Source: a virus. Taken from it: a stretch of DNA of 64,000 nt. The stretch lies in IMG/VR virus record IMGVR_UViG_3300033984_000473, positions 91,393 through 155,392 of that record; one strand, written 5' to 3'. The translations under genes were made by a program, and so were the position numbers. The notes under the pieces were generated by a model. It did not search any database, was not told the origin of the DNA, and saw nothing but the letters and a program-made list of their open reading frames with translations. Shown piece by piece: positions 47,754 through 57,077 of this stretch; position 1 is the stretch's first letter, and every line of letters starts with the position of its first letter.

Positions 47754-49349
47754 TTAAAATGTTGTAAACTCTCCGTTAATGAAGTTTATGTGTTGTGACC
47801 TTCCATCGTTATGGATAATCACATGTGATTGTAACCATGTGCTGGCCCCTTTATTATACCCAACTCTTAATTTGGTTGATGTTCCAACTGCCAGTGCTCC
47901 GTCTTTTCTTCCTGGACTATGGTAGTGACCTACGATAATCTTTGTGTTTAATTTACGGAACTGTAACAATGAACCACGACTTCCATTCGAACCAATATCG
48001 CCATGTTGTCCTAACTCCCAATCTTTAACCCTATATGTGGCACTTCTACCAAGAGTAATGAACTTAGGGAATTTCTCGTTGATGATACATGGGATAACAC
48101 CTTTTACATTGTAAGGGTCATTACCATATTGTTCTAACAACATATCAGACATTTTCATGTAAAGTCTTGAGTTCTTGTATGTTGGTTGTTTTTTCCAATC
48201 TTCATTCTTTAACCAACGGTCTAAGAAATCATCATGATTACTTCTAACAATCACAACGTTATCGAACTTAGCAAATGCATCCAATCCATCTAACATCAAA
48301 TCAATCTCTTTACCTAAGTCATTGGTTCCAGCAACCTCTTTACCATATTGGATAAAAGGGTCTTTCATTTCATGGTGGCTAATAGAATTTCCATCAAAAA
48401 CGTCATGAAGAATCACGTGTTTTGGTTTTAACGAATCTAACAATCCCATTGTTGAATCCAAAACTTCTTGGTCATGGTGTCCGTAGTGAATATCACCTAG
48501 AACAGCAGCAGCGATAGTGTTTAAACCACTAATACTTCCACCTTCAACTCTATAATATAAATCACTAAAGTTACCAGTTTTATCATCGGCAGTTACCTGT
48601 CTAACAAAGAATGTTTCATCATCTTTTATTTCAACAATAACAAAACCAAACGTGTGGTGAAACTCACCAGTCTTACCAGACTTAGAATCAGTATAGTTTT
48701 TCTTGGTTACTGAACCTGTGGTAAGCATAATCTTAGGTTTGTTACCCTCTAGTACTGGTATCATTTCCATTTGTACCTTTGGACTACCAAAAATAGATGA
48801 ATTAACACCACTTAATGCTTGTAATCCAGTCATAGGGTTAACCGCAGTAGCTTGTATCTTGATATCTGATAGTATAGAAACGTACTTATGTATGTCATGT
48901 CTATTGGCATCTAGGTATTTTACCACTTCATCAGCCCAAAACTCTTCATTTTCTTGTTCATTTGACCATATACTAGTCGGATTCTTATACCTACCAGCAA
49001 TTACATGGACATCTGCATTGATATATTCAGCATAGGCTTCAATATTCTTAAGGAAACCCTTATGTACTGGTGTGTTATTCTGTGCCCAAGTGATGATAAA
49101 TCGTTTTTTAGTACCATCATGTACCTTAGCTTTAGCTTTTACGTACTGTTCTGGTTCGATTTCAGTCTTTTCTTTGAAATTTAATTTTTTAAACCATTTT
49201 CTTACAGTTCTTTCTGAAAGATTAAACTCATTACCTAATTTTATTGCTAATCGTTCAACAGTTAAATTATTTTCTAACCTATTATCATATTCTAATTTAA
49301 AACGTGAAATTATTTCATCGGTTAAATCTTTAAATTTAAATTTACTCAT
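47754..49349 (-). CDS. calcineurin-like metallophosphoesterase with N-terminal HTH-like domain
   Basis: GDIHYGHHD, HDVFDGN, IVRSNHDDF metal-binding motifs; N-terminal LSERTVRKWFKK. Confidence 0.7.
   Translation of the reverse strand: MSKFKFKDLTDEIISRFKLEYDNRLENNLTVERLAIKLGNEFNLSERTVRKWFKKLNFKEKTEIEPEQYVKAKAKVHDGTKKRFIITWAQNNTPVHKGFLKNIEAYAEYINADVHVIAGRYKNPTSIWSNEQENEEFWADEVVKYLDANRHDIHKYVSILSDIKIQATAVNPMTGLQALSGVNSSIFGSPKVQMEMIPVLEGNKPKIMLTTGSVTKKNYTDSKSGKTGEFHHTFGFVIVEIKDDETFFVRQVTADDKTGNFSDLYYRVEGGSISGLNTIAAAVLGDIHYGHHDQEVLDSTMGLLDSLKPKHVILHDVFDGNSISHHEMKDPFIQYGKEVAGTNDLGKEIDLMLDGLDAFAKFDNVVIVRSNHDDFLDRWLKNEDWKKQPTYKNSRLYMKMSDMLLEQYGNDPYNVKGVIPCIINEKFPKFITLGRSATYRVKDWELGQHGDIGSNGSRGSLLQFRKLNTKIIVGHYHSPGRKDGALAVGTSTKLRVGYNKGASTWLQSHVIIHNDGRSQHINFINGEFTTF
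49190..49222. repeat. direct repeat copy 1 (ttaaaccattttcttacNgttctttctga)
   Basis: 31/32 identical to the copy at ~50288-50320; the two copies bracket the endonuclease-like gene. Confidence 0.6.
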
Positions 49350-50241
49350 TCATTTTGATTTTTAGTATTTTCGTTATTTTATCTATTTTTTCATTATATT
49401 TAATAATAATTAATTTTATTTTATTATTTTTACAATATTCTTTTTTAATTATATCTGTTTTATTTTGTTCTTTAAAACGTTTTTCACCGCCAAAGTATTC
49501 AATAGCTTTATAATGTTGAATACCGTTAAATTCAATACATGTATTATAATCTGGTAAATAAAAATCAAATGGTAAAACATTTTTATTTTTACAGTCATCA
49601 AATTTATGTTGAGCTATGAATTTAATAGAATATTTGTTTAATAAATCTCTAATTTTATTTTCACCTTTAGATTCTTTACAAAAAGGACAATTTTGGCCCT
49701 TTAAATGATTTTGTGGTGTTTGTTTAAATTCACTATGAATTGGACAAATAACCACTACCTTTTTATCAAAACCTAAATAATCAACTAATGAATAATCAAA
49801 TTTATCCCCATGAACTAATTTAGCTTTTTGAATAAATTCTAATGTTTTTGTTTTTCTTTTTACAAAACTACATAATTCACAATCAGAACCTTTTAAATGA
49901 TTCGATGGTGTTTGTTCAAACCCACCATGAGTTGGACAAATTATTTTAACTTTAGTATCATAATTAACATAATCAACCAAAGAATAATCAAATTTATCTC
50001 CATGAATTAATTTACTTTTTTTAATAAATTCATTAATAGATAACTTTTGTTTATTTTGTGAACATTTAGAACATCCATTACCACTTAAATGCCCACTAGC
50101 CCTTTGTTCAAACTCACCATGAGCTGGACAAATTATTTTTACTTTAAACTTACTTTCAATATAATCAATCAATGAATAATCATATGTATCACCATGAACT
50201 AATTTAGCTTTTTCAATAAATTTTAAATTTTTATCTATCAT
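49342..50241 (-). mobile_element. putative homing endonuclease: three zinc-ribbon repeats plus C-terminal Vsr/DUF559-like PD-(D/E)xK nuclease
   Basis: Threefold repeat KAKLVHGDKFDYSLVDY...KVKIICPxHGxFEQxPxNHLKGxxCxxC; C-terminal LPFDFYLPDYNTCIEFNGIQHY...IKLIIIKY; flanked by a duplicated 32-nt segment. Confidence 0.55.
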
Positions 50242-50263
50242 AATATTATTTTATAATAAATAT

Positions 50264-50431
50264 CTAGATAAAACTAAAAAGACAAACTTTAAACCATTTT
50301 CTTACTGTTCTTTCTGATTTACCAAAGAATTTAACCAAAATATTCATTCTATCATCCCATGATAAAGTTTTATCTTGATAAACACCCCTAGCATAGTCAA
50401 TTTGTTCTGTAGTTAATTCTTTAAAATCCAT
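50264..50431 (-). CDS. small ORF (~55 aa) homologous to the N-terminal HTH-like domain of the 47754..49349 product; possible gene remnant
   Basis: My translation: MDFKELTTEQIDYARGVYQDKTLSWDDRMNILVKFFGKSERTVRKWFKVCLF...; compare LSERTVRKWFKK in the large gene. Coordinates +/-3. Confidence 0.4.
   Translation of the reverse strand: MDFKELTTEQIDYARGVYQDKTLSWDDRMNILVKFFGKSERTVRKWFKVCLFSFI
50288..50320. repeat. direct repeat copy 2
   Basis: See copy 1. Confidence 0.6.
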
Positions 50432-50508
50432 TTTATTATTTTAAAACTTGTTATTTTATACAAAAATACGAATTTAATTGTATATTTGCAACATTCATAC
50501 CTAATTAT

Positions 50509-51279
50509 TTACAATTTAGGTATAAGATTTATTAAAAAATCTCTATCACTAGTGAATATAGGTGTTTCTAAGGCTACCCAGTTACGTCTAACAGCAGCTG
50601 CTTCACCACTATAGTCAATATCTGCTACTCTTTTGATAACTACCCCACGTTTATACTTGGTTTTATAGTCATTCCAATTGATACCCTTCTCATTAAACAA
50701 CATTTCCTGTTTATCACTACCAGATTTACCCTCTAATAGTTTGTGTGAAAAGTTAGCAGATGCGGCCATACTAATACTATTTCTAGTACAGTCTTGCTGT
50801 CTGAATATCATAGCGTTAACCATTTCATCAACCGTAGGTACTTGGAATACACGAGCATCAAAGAAAGCTAATTTGTTTAAGCTTTCAGCTAACCCTTCCA
50901 TACCTTGCATCGTTGACCTTAGATGCCTTAACTGGTTGAACTTAGCAGTTGCCAAAGAGGCAGCAATACTTGTCATCTTTTGTACGCTGTAATCAAACCA
51001 CGCACTAGTTTCAAGTGTGTCATAATCGCACAACACCACGCTGATTTCGTCAGATTGTGTGTAAGCAAACTTTGCACCTTGAATGTTCTCACATAAGAAG
51101 ATTGCGGTTGCATCCATGTCATCGCTAAACCCATCATCGAATGGTTTGTTTAAGTTTTTAGTGAATTTAGAAAATCCTTTACCATCAAGTCTAATGATTG
51201 TAATTGTTCTTCTATTCAAAAAAGTTTTGGTTCTGTTTTCGTAGAATTCTTTCATTCTATCACCTAAAGATAAAGTCAT
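50509..51279 (-). CDS. Thg1-like protein (tRNA-His guanylyltransferase family, 3'-5' nucleotidyl transferase)
   Basis: TIIRLDGKGFSKFTK, FAYTQSDEISVVL and GINWNDYKTKYKRGVV align with Thg1 VVRIDGKKFHEFSK, AFGESDEYSF and GINYNN..FKKGS. Confidence 0.7.
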   Translation of the reverse strand: MTLSLGDRMKEFYENRTKTFLNRRTITIIRLDGKGFSKFTKNLNKPFDDGFSDDMDATAIFLCENIQGAKFAYTQSDEISVVLCDYDTLETSAWFDYSVQKMTSIAASLATAKFNQLRHLRSTMQGMEGLAESLNKLAFFDARVFQVPTVDEMVNAMIFRQQDCTRNSISMAASANFSHKLLEGKSGSDKQEMLFNEKGINWNDYKTKYKRGVVIKRVADIDYSGEAAAVRRNWVALETPIFTSDRDFLINLIPKL

Positions 51280-51280
51280 T

Positions 51281-51904
51281 TTATTTTTTGTTTAGTTTAA
51301 GAATGCAAGTAATTGCTATTCTTGGTTTTGTTGTTGAATTTTCGTTTGAATAATGAACCGAGAACTGATTATGTACAACGCAATCACCATACTTCAACTC
51401 TACTGGTGTAAAGTCTTCCATTGGAATTTCTGATGTGTATTGTGACATACCAGTCTTACCAGTTCTTGTTCTTAGATTTGACCCACAATTTTCGTGATTG
51501 ATTATTTCTCGTTTACCATCCCAATCAGCATAAAACATCGTTGAAGTCGAAACATCAACGTCATGCAATGGAATCCAGAAGGTTAGAATGTCATCATCAT
51601 TGTTATCAAAGTAAGCACCATCTTGATGTGGTGCTGTAATCTTGTAATCTGGATGTTTGATAAAATACTGCATGTTAATAACTTCACCATCATAACCCAA
51701 TACATTTTTTATGTATTTGGCTAACTCCATAAACAGGTGATAACCATGGCAGTTCTGGATTTGTTTTACGTCACCATTCTTGGTTCTGAAAACATTTTCG
51801 TCTTTACATTGCAAAGCAATTGTTTCAAAATCTCGACTGAAAAGGTCTAACAATTCTGTATTAAAAGCTTTTTTTAGTATTTCATATCCTTTTTCCATTA
51901 CCAT
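51281..51904 (-). CDS. PhyH-like 2OG-Fe(II) oxygenase
   Basis: APHQDGAYF (HxD) plus downstream His; fold-typical spacing. Confidence 0.6.
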   Translation of the reverse strand: MVMEKGYEILKKAFNTELLDLFSRDFETIALQCKDENVFRTKNGDVKQIQNCHGYHLFMELAKYIKNVLGYDGEVINMQYFIKHPDYKITAPHQDGAYFDNNDDDILTFWIPLHDVDVSTSTMFYADWDGKREIINHENCGSNLRTRTGKTGMSQYTSEIPMEDFTPVELKYGDCVVHNQFSVHYSNENSTTKPRIAITCILKLNKK

Positions 51905-52089
51905 GAGTCATAATCGGTTATATCCTTTTCAATTCCATAGTCTTCAAATCTTACCTTTACGTTAAGACCGATACCAGTATAAGAAATTAGATAAGAAACC
52001 TTACCAAGCTTTCCATGTAAAAAATTTACACTTTCTTCTAGCTTTGCAAGTGTTTCCACTTCTTTTTCGTTTAAGTTAAAGTCAGCCAT
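51898..52089 (-). CDS. small hypothetical protein (63 aa)
   Basis: Short ORF tightly coupled to neighbours. Confidence 0.4.
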   Translation of the reverse strand: MADFNLNEKEVETLAKLEESVNFLHGKLGKVSYLISYTGIGLNVKVRFEDYGIEKDITDYDSW

Positions 52090-53081
52090 TAAAATCTTTC
52101 TTTTTTAAGCCCTTCGTAGCTTGTTTTACTATTGATTGCACTAACAGCTAAACCGATTTGTTTTGCCATGCTAATAACATTTAGTTTATCATTACCAAAG
52201 ATACCATTGTAATCTGTTGGTTTTCTTAATGAATCACTAATAACCAATTCAGTTAGTACTGAATTTTCAATACGAGCCAAAGCTGGTCCAGAACAGATAC
52301 CATGACTGATGATTGCTCTTACACTCTTGGCACCAGCTTCCATAATAACTTCAGCGGCTTTGCAAAGTGTTCCAGCAGTATCAACCATATCATCTAAGAT
52401 GATTACGTTCTTACCACTAACATCACCAATGATAACCATATCATCAATAACGTTGGCTTGTTTACGAGTTTTATCCAACATAACATAATTGATTGAAATG
52501 TCATGGTAGTTAGCCAATTGGTCTTTCATACGTTTAACACGTTTACCAGAACCAGCATCTGGGCCACACAAGATTGTATCTTCATCATATATCGAAGCGA
52601 TGTACGAATCAAAAACATTTTTACCTTCTAAGTGTGTAACTGGGATATTGAAAAACCCTTGAATTTGGTCAGCATGTAAATCAAATGTGATAACACCTGT
52701 TGCTCCACGATGCTCAATCATTTCAACCATAACCTTGGCACCGATAGGTCCACGTGATTGGTCTTTCTTGTCTTGACGAGCGTATGGGAAGTAAGGTAAG
52801 ATTGGAATAATCTCTCTAGCGGCTGCACGTTTGGCGGCATCTATCGCTAGATTTAACTTTATGATTTCATCTGAATTATTAGGGCTAGACAAGATATAAA
52901 CTCGCTTGCCTCTAATTGATGATTCAAAATCCACACATAACTCACCATCAGAAAATTTCTGACTGTTGATTATGTCTAGCTTTACTTTCTCTTTTATCTT
53001 TGAATTGTTATTGATAAAATCAATAACACTATTGGCTAAATCTTCTCTACCATCTAACGCCACTAATACTGAATCATTCAT
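52089..53081 (-). CDS. prs: ribose-phosphate pyrophosphokinase (PRPP synthetase)
   Basis: HADQIQGFF, PYARQDKK and PRPP-binding DDMVDTAGT motifs; start moved to MNDSVLV past the promoter. Confidence 0.9.
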   Translation of the reverse strand: MNDSVLVALDGREDLANSVIDFINNNSKIKEKVKLDIINSQKFSDGELCVDFESSIRGKRVYILSSPNNSDEIIKLNLAIDAAKRAAAREIIPILPYFPYARQDKKDQSRGPIGAKVMVEMIEHRGATGVITFDLHADQIQGFFNIPVTHLEGKNVFDSYIASIYDEDTILCGPDAGSGKRVKRMKDQLANYHDISINYVMLDKTRKQANVIDDMVIIGDVSGKNVIILDDMVDTAGTLCKAAEVIMEAGAKSVRAIISHGICSGPALARIENSVLTELVISDSLRKPTDYNGIFGNDKLNVISMAKQIGLAVSAINSKTSYEGLKKERF

Positions 53082-53098
53082 AGTTATATATTTTTTAA

Positions 53099-53130
53099 CA
53101 AAGGTACATAAAAATTTTTGAATAAACAAA
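53099..53130 (-). promoter_or_regulatory. promoter (-33 TTTG / -7 TACCTTTG) for prs
   Basis: taacaaaggtacataaaaatttttgaataaacaaatg. Confidence 0.6.
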
Positions 53131-53136
53131 TGTTTA

Positions 53137-53310
53137 TTATTCTTTATTACTTTTTCTATTAAATAAATAAATAACACCAGCAATCAAAGATGCCGTTGCC
53201 AAGTATTTCAATACACTAACGAATAAAAATATTCCAAAGAAAATACCTTGTAAGACGAACAATACTAGTAATACTGCTATAAAAATTCCGATTAATTTTA
53301 CTGTTTTCAT
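53137..53310 (-). CDS. small membrane protein
   Basis: Hydrophobic; start trimmed to MKTVK. Confidence 0.4.
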   Translation of the reverse strand: MKTVKLIGIFIAVLLVLFVLQGIFFGIFLFVSVLKYLATASLIAGVIYLFNRKSNKE

Positions 53311-53314
53311 AATT

Positions 53315-53677
53315 TTATTTTGTTTTTTTCCATTCTCTATCATGGAATTTTGTTTTATAAGTACCTAATTCAAAACTTCCACGATACAATATTATATCCA
53401 AAGCCATTGGCAATTCCAAGTATAATTTATCCCATTCAGCTTTTTGTTCATCCGAATACTCTGGCATTTCTTCGGTGTTAAAAGGGTCGAAACCTTCTGG
53501 AACACCATTAAGAATAAGGTCAATCGCCTCATATATGTTATTCTCACCAAATGGTGGAATATTTTCCACACCATCATGACCGACAGCAACAATTTGGTTT
53601 TCGGTGTTTAGCGACCAACGTAAATGCTTGATTAGTTTTACGTGTTCTTCTTTTATTTCTAATTTTAATATACTCAT
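53315..53677 (-). CDS. hypothetical protein (120 aa)
   Basis: ORF in gene train. Confidence 0.5.
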   Translation of the reverse strand: MSILKLEIKEEHVKLIKHLRWSLNTENQIVAVGHDGVENIPPFGENNIYEAIDLILNGVPEGFDPFNTEEMPEYSDEQKAEWDKLYLELPMALDIILYRGSFELGTYKTKFHDREWKKTK

Positions 53678-53955
53678 TACTCTATGATATTTTTTCTTTC
53701 GAAATTAATAATATCACCTAACTTAAATTTGTTGATTGAATCTGTAAATCTAAATGATAAGTTACTACCATCTCTACTTGAAAAGTAATTACCGTCAATT
53801 ACTTCGACAGTATAGATTGACATTTGAGGTAGACTATCATCACCTTGCATTCCAGTGATAACAAATCGTGTTGGAGAATCAACATAATCATTATTTTGAG
53901 TTTTATTACATGATATAAACAAACCTAAAATTAGTATTGCTATTATTTTTTTCAT
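53677..53955 (-). CDS. putative lipoprotein (92 aa)
   Basis: Signal peptide plus ISC lipobox-like. Confidence 0.45.
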   Translation of the reverse strand: MKKIIAILILGLFISCNKTQNNDYVDSPTRFVITGMQGDDSLPQMSIYTVEVIDGNYFSSRDGSNLSFRFTDSINKFKLGDIINFERKNIIE

Positions 53956-54308
53956 TATTTTTTTACTTTAACAGAGTCAAGCAATTGCTGAACTCTTTTG
54001 TTATCTTTTTTCGCTTTAGCAAATTCTTTTGCCGCTCTTTCGTCAATAACTTCACAAATCGCTATTGCTCTTAGATTTACATAGTGCTTACCTTGATATT
54101 CACTTCCTTTCACTACAAACGCAACTGTAACAACTTCGTTTACCATAAAGGTATCCAAGGCATCTACATTGTCGTTAATGAAATCTAATTTTAATTTTTC
54201 TGGGTAAGCTTCATCAGTTTCAATGATAAATTCTATTTTTTTAAATTTATCACCAAATGTTTGTACTTCACCAATGTGTCTAATTGTTCCTTCTACAAAA
54301 TAATGCAT
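53955..54308 (-). CDS. hypothetical protein
   Basis: Start trimmed to MHYFVEG to reduce overlap with the Sir2 gene. Confidence 0.45.
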   Translation of the reverse strand: MHYFVEGTIRHIGEVQTFGDKFKKIEFIIETDEAYPEKLKLDFINDNVDALDTFMVNEVVTVAFVVKGSEYQGKHYVNLRAIAICEVIDERAAKEFAKAKKDNKRVQQLLDSVKVKK

Positions 54309-54309
54309 C

Positions 54310-55062
54310 TTATTTGTCGTTTTTATCGTCTCCGATTGCATGCGTTAATAATCTATTTACTACTTCTGTTACACCTTCAACTGCTGATTTCTTTACGTAC
54401 TCAACCTTAAGCCCATAATTATCTAAATAATGCATCGGCTCTGGGTCGATGTAAATTATTTGACAATCGGTTCTCACATTTTGTAACATATCCAAAGTAT
54501 AACCAATTTGTAAGCTTGTACCAATTATTAATAATATATTGGCATTACGAACTGCTTGATATGCTCTGTCAACATGTTTTGGATATTCACCAAACCATAC
54601 AATATCTGGTCTAAGTTGTGAATCAAATTTATCATCTTTATCACCAATGTTGATGTCGTTGTATCCTATGTCTATTGATTCGCAAACATCAGAAAAAGGA
54701 CCTCGACTACCACCATAACAACCTTTGGCTTTGGTTAATTCACCATGCAAGTGTAATATATTGGTTGAGCCACCTCTTTCATGTAAATCATCAACGTTTT
54801 GAGTTGTGATAGTTACATCATATTCTTCTTCCAAGGAAGCCAACGCTGTGTGAGCAGCATTCGGGTGAACATCTGGTAATTGTCGTCTTCTCTCGTTGTA
54901 GAAGTCCAATACCATAGCTCTATCTTTTTTCCAACCTTCGATAGTTGCTACGTCCTCAACCTTATGGTTATTCCATAGGCCATCTTTGACATCTCTAAAG
55001 GTGAGGATTCCAGATTCTTTGCTGATACCAGCACCACTAAAAATTACAATTTTCTTTTTCAT
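54310..55062 (-). CDS. Sir2-family NAD-dependent deacylase / ADP-ribosyltransferase
   Basis: GAGISKESGILTFRD, QNVDDLHERGGS, IIGTSLQ sirtuin motifs. Confidence 0.85.
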   Translation of the reverse strand: MKKKIVIFSGAGISKESGILTFRDVKDGLWNNHKVEDVATIEGWKKDRAMVLDFYNERRRQLPDVHPNAAHTALASLEEEYDVTITTQNVDDLHERGGSTNILHLHGELTKAKGCYGGSRGPFSDVCESIDIGYNDINIGDKDDKFDSQLRPDIVWFGEYPKHVDRAYQAVRNANILLIIGTSLQIGYTLDMLQNVRTDCQIIYIDPEPMHYLDNYGLKVEYVKKSAVEGVTEVVNRLLTHAIGDDKNDK

Positions 55063-55361
55063 TATCTATTGTTTAATGTTCTTAAACCAGCAAAAAAGAT
55101 TTTGATACCCTTGATTATAATACCTAACCCACCAACATAACCGAAGTTATACCAGAAACCGTTATTGTTTATAGCGTAGATAGCAATGTTATCTGAGAAA
55201 AGACTACAAATGAATGCTGGGAACATAATCATACCATGCCAAACTCCACCCCAAAATCCATAAACTTCTTGATTTGGGTCAAGGAATTGTATATGTGCAA
55301 CATCGGCACATCCAGTTAATAACAACAGCACAAATGCTGCTAAGAATATTTTTGTTTTCAT
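55062..55361 (-). CDS. membrane protein (99 aa)
   Basis: Signal and TM segments. Confidence 0.45.
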   Translation of the reverse strand: MKTKIFLAAFVLLLLTGCADVAHIQFLDPNQEVYGFWGGVWHGMIMFPAFICSLFSDNIAIYAINNNGFWYNFGYVGGLGIIIKGIKIFFAGLRTLNNR

Positions 55362-55567
55362 ATTTTTTTGTTTTTTATTATATCAAATGTTAAGTTATTA
55401 TGTATCTTGATTTGGTCTGACCTATAATGTTTAATATCGCCACCGTCACATAAAACAATGCACCATATATCATTTTCAAATGTTCCACCATTTGTAACAT
55501 AAATAGCATAACCTTCTTTATCTTCTTCAACAATCACAGGTATTGGAGTTTTAAATTCTAACATCAT
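55358..55567 (-). CDS. small hypothetical protein (69 aa)
   Basis: Short ORF. Confidence 0.4.
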   Translation of the reverse strand: MMLEFKTPIPVIVEEDKEGYAIYVTNGGTFENDIWCIVLCDGGDIKHYRSDQIKIHNNLTFDIIKNKKI

Positions 55568-55926
55568 AGTGAATCTTTTATTTTTTTCAAACGAGCTTCA
55601 ACCCGTCTGTTTACTTCTTCTTCAATAACTCTACTAGTACTTAAAGAAACAATCTTTTCCGTGATACCGTTGATTTTATCATCAACATGTCTAATCATGC
55701 TACTTTCAATTTGTTTTAGTCTGAAGTTAACCCTTTCAGTCAACGCTGATTTTGTTTCTTTTGTTATACCTTCTGCGAAGAAATCTAATTCATCGTTTAG
55801 ATACTTGGTTAATATCTCTTTGACTTCACTATTAGATAATAAAACTGTTTCATCTGAAGTAGTTTTAATCTTCATGTTATCAAATTTATTTGAGTTGTAC
55901 GTTAATAAATCACTAATCCTTGCCAT
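55564..55926 (-). CDS. hypothetical protein (120 aa)
   Basis: ORF in gene train. Confidence 0.5.
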   Translation of the reverse strand: MARISDLLTYNSNKFDNMKIKTTSDETVLLSNSEVKEILTKYLNDELDFFAEGITKETKSALTERVNFRLKQIESSMIRHVDDKINGITEKIVSLSTSRVIEEEVNRRVEARLKKIKDSL

Positions 55927-56356
55927 TATAGTTAGCAGTTAATAAATTTAAAACCAAACCCCAATCATTCTCTGGGTCAAATCCAGCTTTGTCCTCAAAC
56001 AAAACGTTCATGTAAGGTTTTTTATCATAACATCCATATCCGTTGGTTTGTGTCGGAACCTCTGGGTTCTCATTCACATACTTGAAATGAATATCATTCT
56101 TTTTGAATAATTCCAAATACTCATCAACCTCGTTAGGGTGTGAACACGTATAAAGGAACATTACAATATCTGGTCGTTTGCTGATAAATTGTAACGTTTC
56201 TATAGCCAAAGGATAAAATTCATCGGGTGTACTACCAACAGTGTAATTAGGTTTAAGAATTGTACCATGAATATCAAAGGCCCAAAATGTTCGGTCCCAG
56301 TTTCTAGTAATTTTGTACTCGAAGTGATTCGTTAGAATCGATTTAGTTATACTCAT
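55913..56356 (-). CDS. hypothetical protein, possibly a degenerate HAD-like fold
   Basis: AFDIHGTI resembles HAD motif I with the second Asp replaced by His. Confidence 0.4.
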   Translation of the reverse strand: MSITKSILTNHFEYKITRNWDRTFWAFDIHGTILKPNYTVGSTPDEFYPLAIETLQFISKRPDIVMFLYTCSHPNEVDEYLELFKKNDIHFKYVNENPEVPTQTNGYGCYDKKPYMNVLFEDKAGFDPENDWGLVLNLLTANYNGKD

Positions 56357-56358
56357 AG

Positions 56359-56538
56359 TTATGTTTCAAAAATGTTTCTAAAATCTAAAATGTTCATTGA
56401 GAAATATGTGTCTTCTACTTTGAAGAACACAGCACTTCCAATATATGTTAGGTTAGTTGGTTGCCATTCTTTGACTACGTTGAGTGGGAACGTTTGTTCA
56501 CCTTCGTTGGCAACGCCTACTTTAACAAGGTCATTCAT
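56359..56538 (-). CDS. small ORF (~59 aa), not in ORF track
   Basis: My translation: MNDLVKVGVANEGEQTFPLNVVKEWQPTNLTYIGSAVFF...; the promoter element at 56569-56602 lies ~30 nt upstream. Confidence 0.4.
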   Translation of the reverse strand: MNDLVKVGVANEGEQTFPLNVVKEWQPTNLTYIGSAVFFKVEDTYFSMNILDFRNIFET

Positions 56539-56568
56539 TAATGCTAAATTTAAAAATTGTTATTTAAC

Positions 56569-56602
56569 AAAGGTACTAATACTTTTGTTAAAAAGCAAGA
56601 GA
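56569..56602 (-). promoter_or_regulatory. promoter (-33 CTTG / -7 TACCTTTG)
   Basis: taacaaaggtactaatacttttgttaaaaagcaag. Confidence 0.55.
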
Positions 56603-56627
56603 AACCTAAAAATTATAGTAAACTGTA

Positions 56628-57077
56628 TTACGGTACATAGTTTACAATCGTAACATACTCACCACGAAGTTCTTCGTCAATGATTGCTTCAATTGTAGCC
56701 CAATCACCACCAGCTAACCCAGCACCAATCTTTGGTAAACCAAATGTTTTACCAGAAAATTTAGCTTTCATCAACTTCAACGCAGAACGCAAAGCATCAT
56801 AGTCTAAATCCATCTGACCACTTCGTCTTCCAGTATAGTCATATTGACCATACAAGTTAACAACTATTGGTTTTGTAGCTTCACTATATGAAATAGTACC
56901 TAGCTTGTTAATATCCCCTTGAACTGTCTTGCAGTCAGCAGCGTAAGCATCTGGGAATTTATGTTTGATTTGCGGGGCAATACCAGCACCCATAGTGTTG
57001 AAACAATTACAACAGTGCCCAATTACTTCGTAGTTTTCGGCATCCTTAACAAGGTCACCATCGATATATCTAATCAT
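56628..57077 (-). CDS. macro-domain protein (ADP-ribose binding or hydrolysing)
   Basis: VIGHCCNCFNTMGAGIA and FGLPKIGAGLAGGDW macro signatures; start trimmed to MIRYIDGD. Confidence 0.8.
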   Translation of the reverse strand: MIRYIDGDLVKDAENYEVIGHCCNCFNTMGAGIAPQIKHKFPDAYAADCKTVQGDINKLGTISYSEATKPIVVNLYGQYDYTGRRSGQMDLDYDALRSALKLMKAKFSGKTFGLPKIGAGLAGGDWATIEAIIDEELRGEYVTIVNYVP

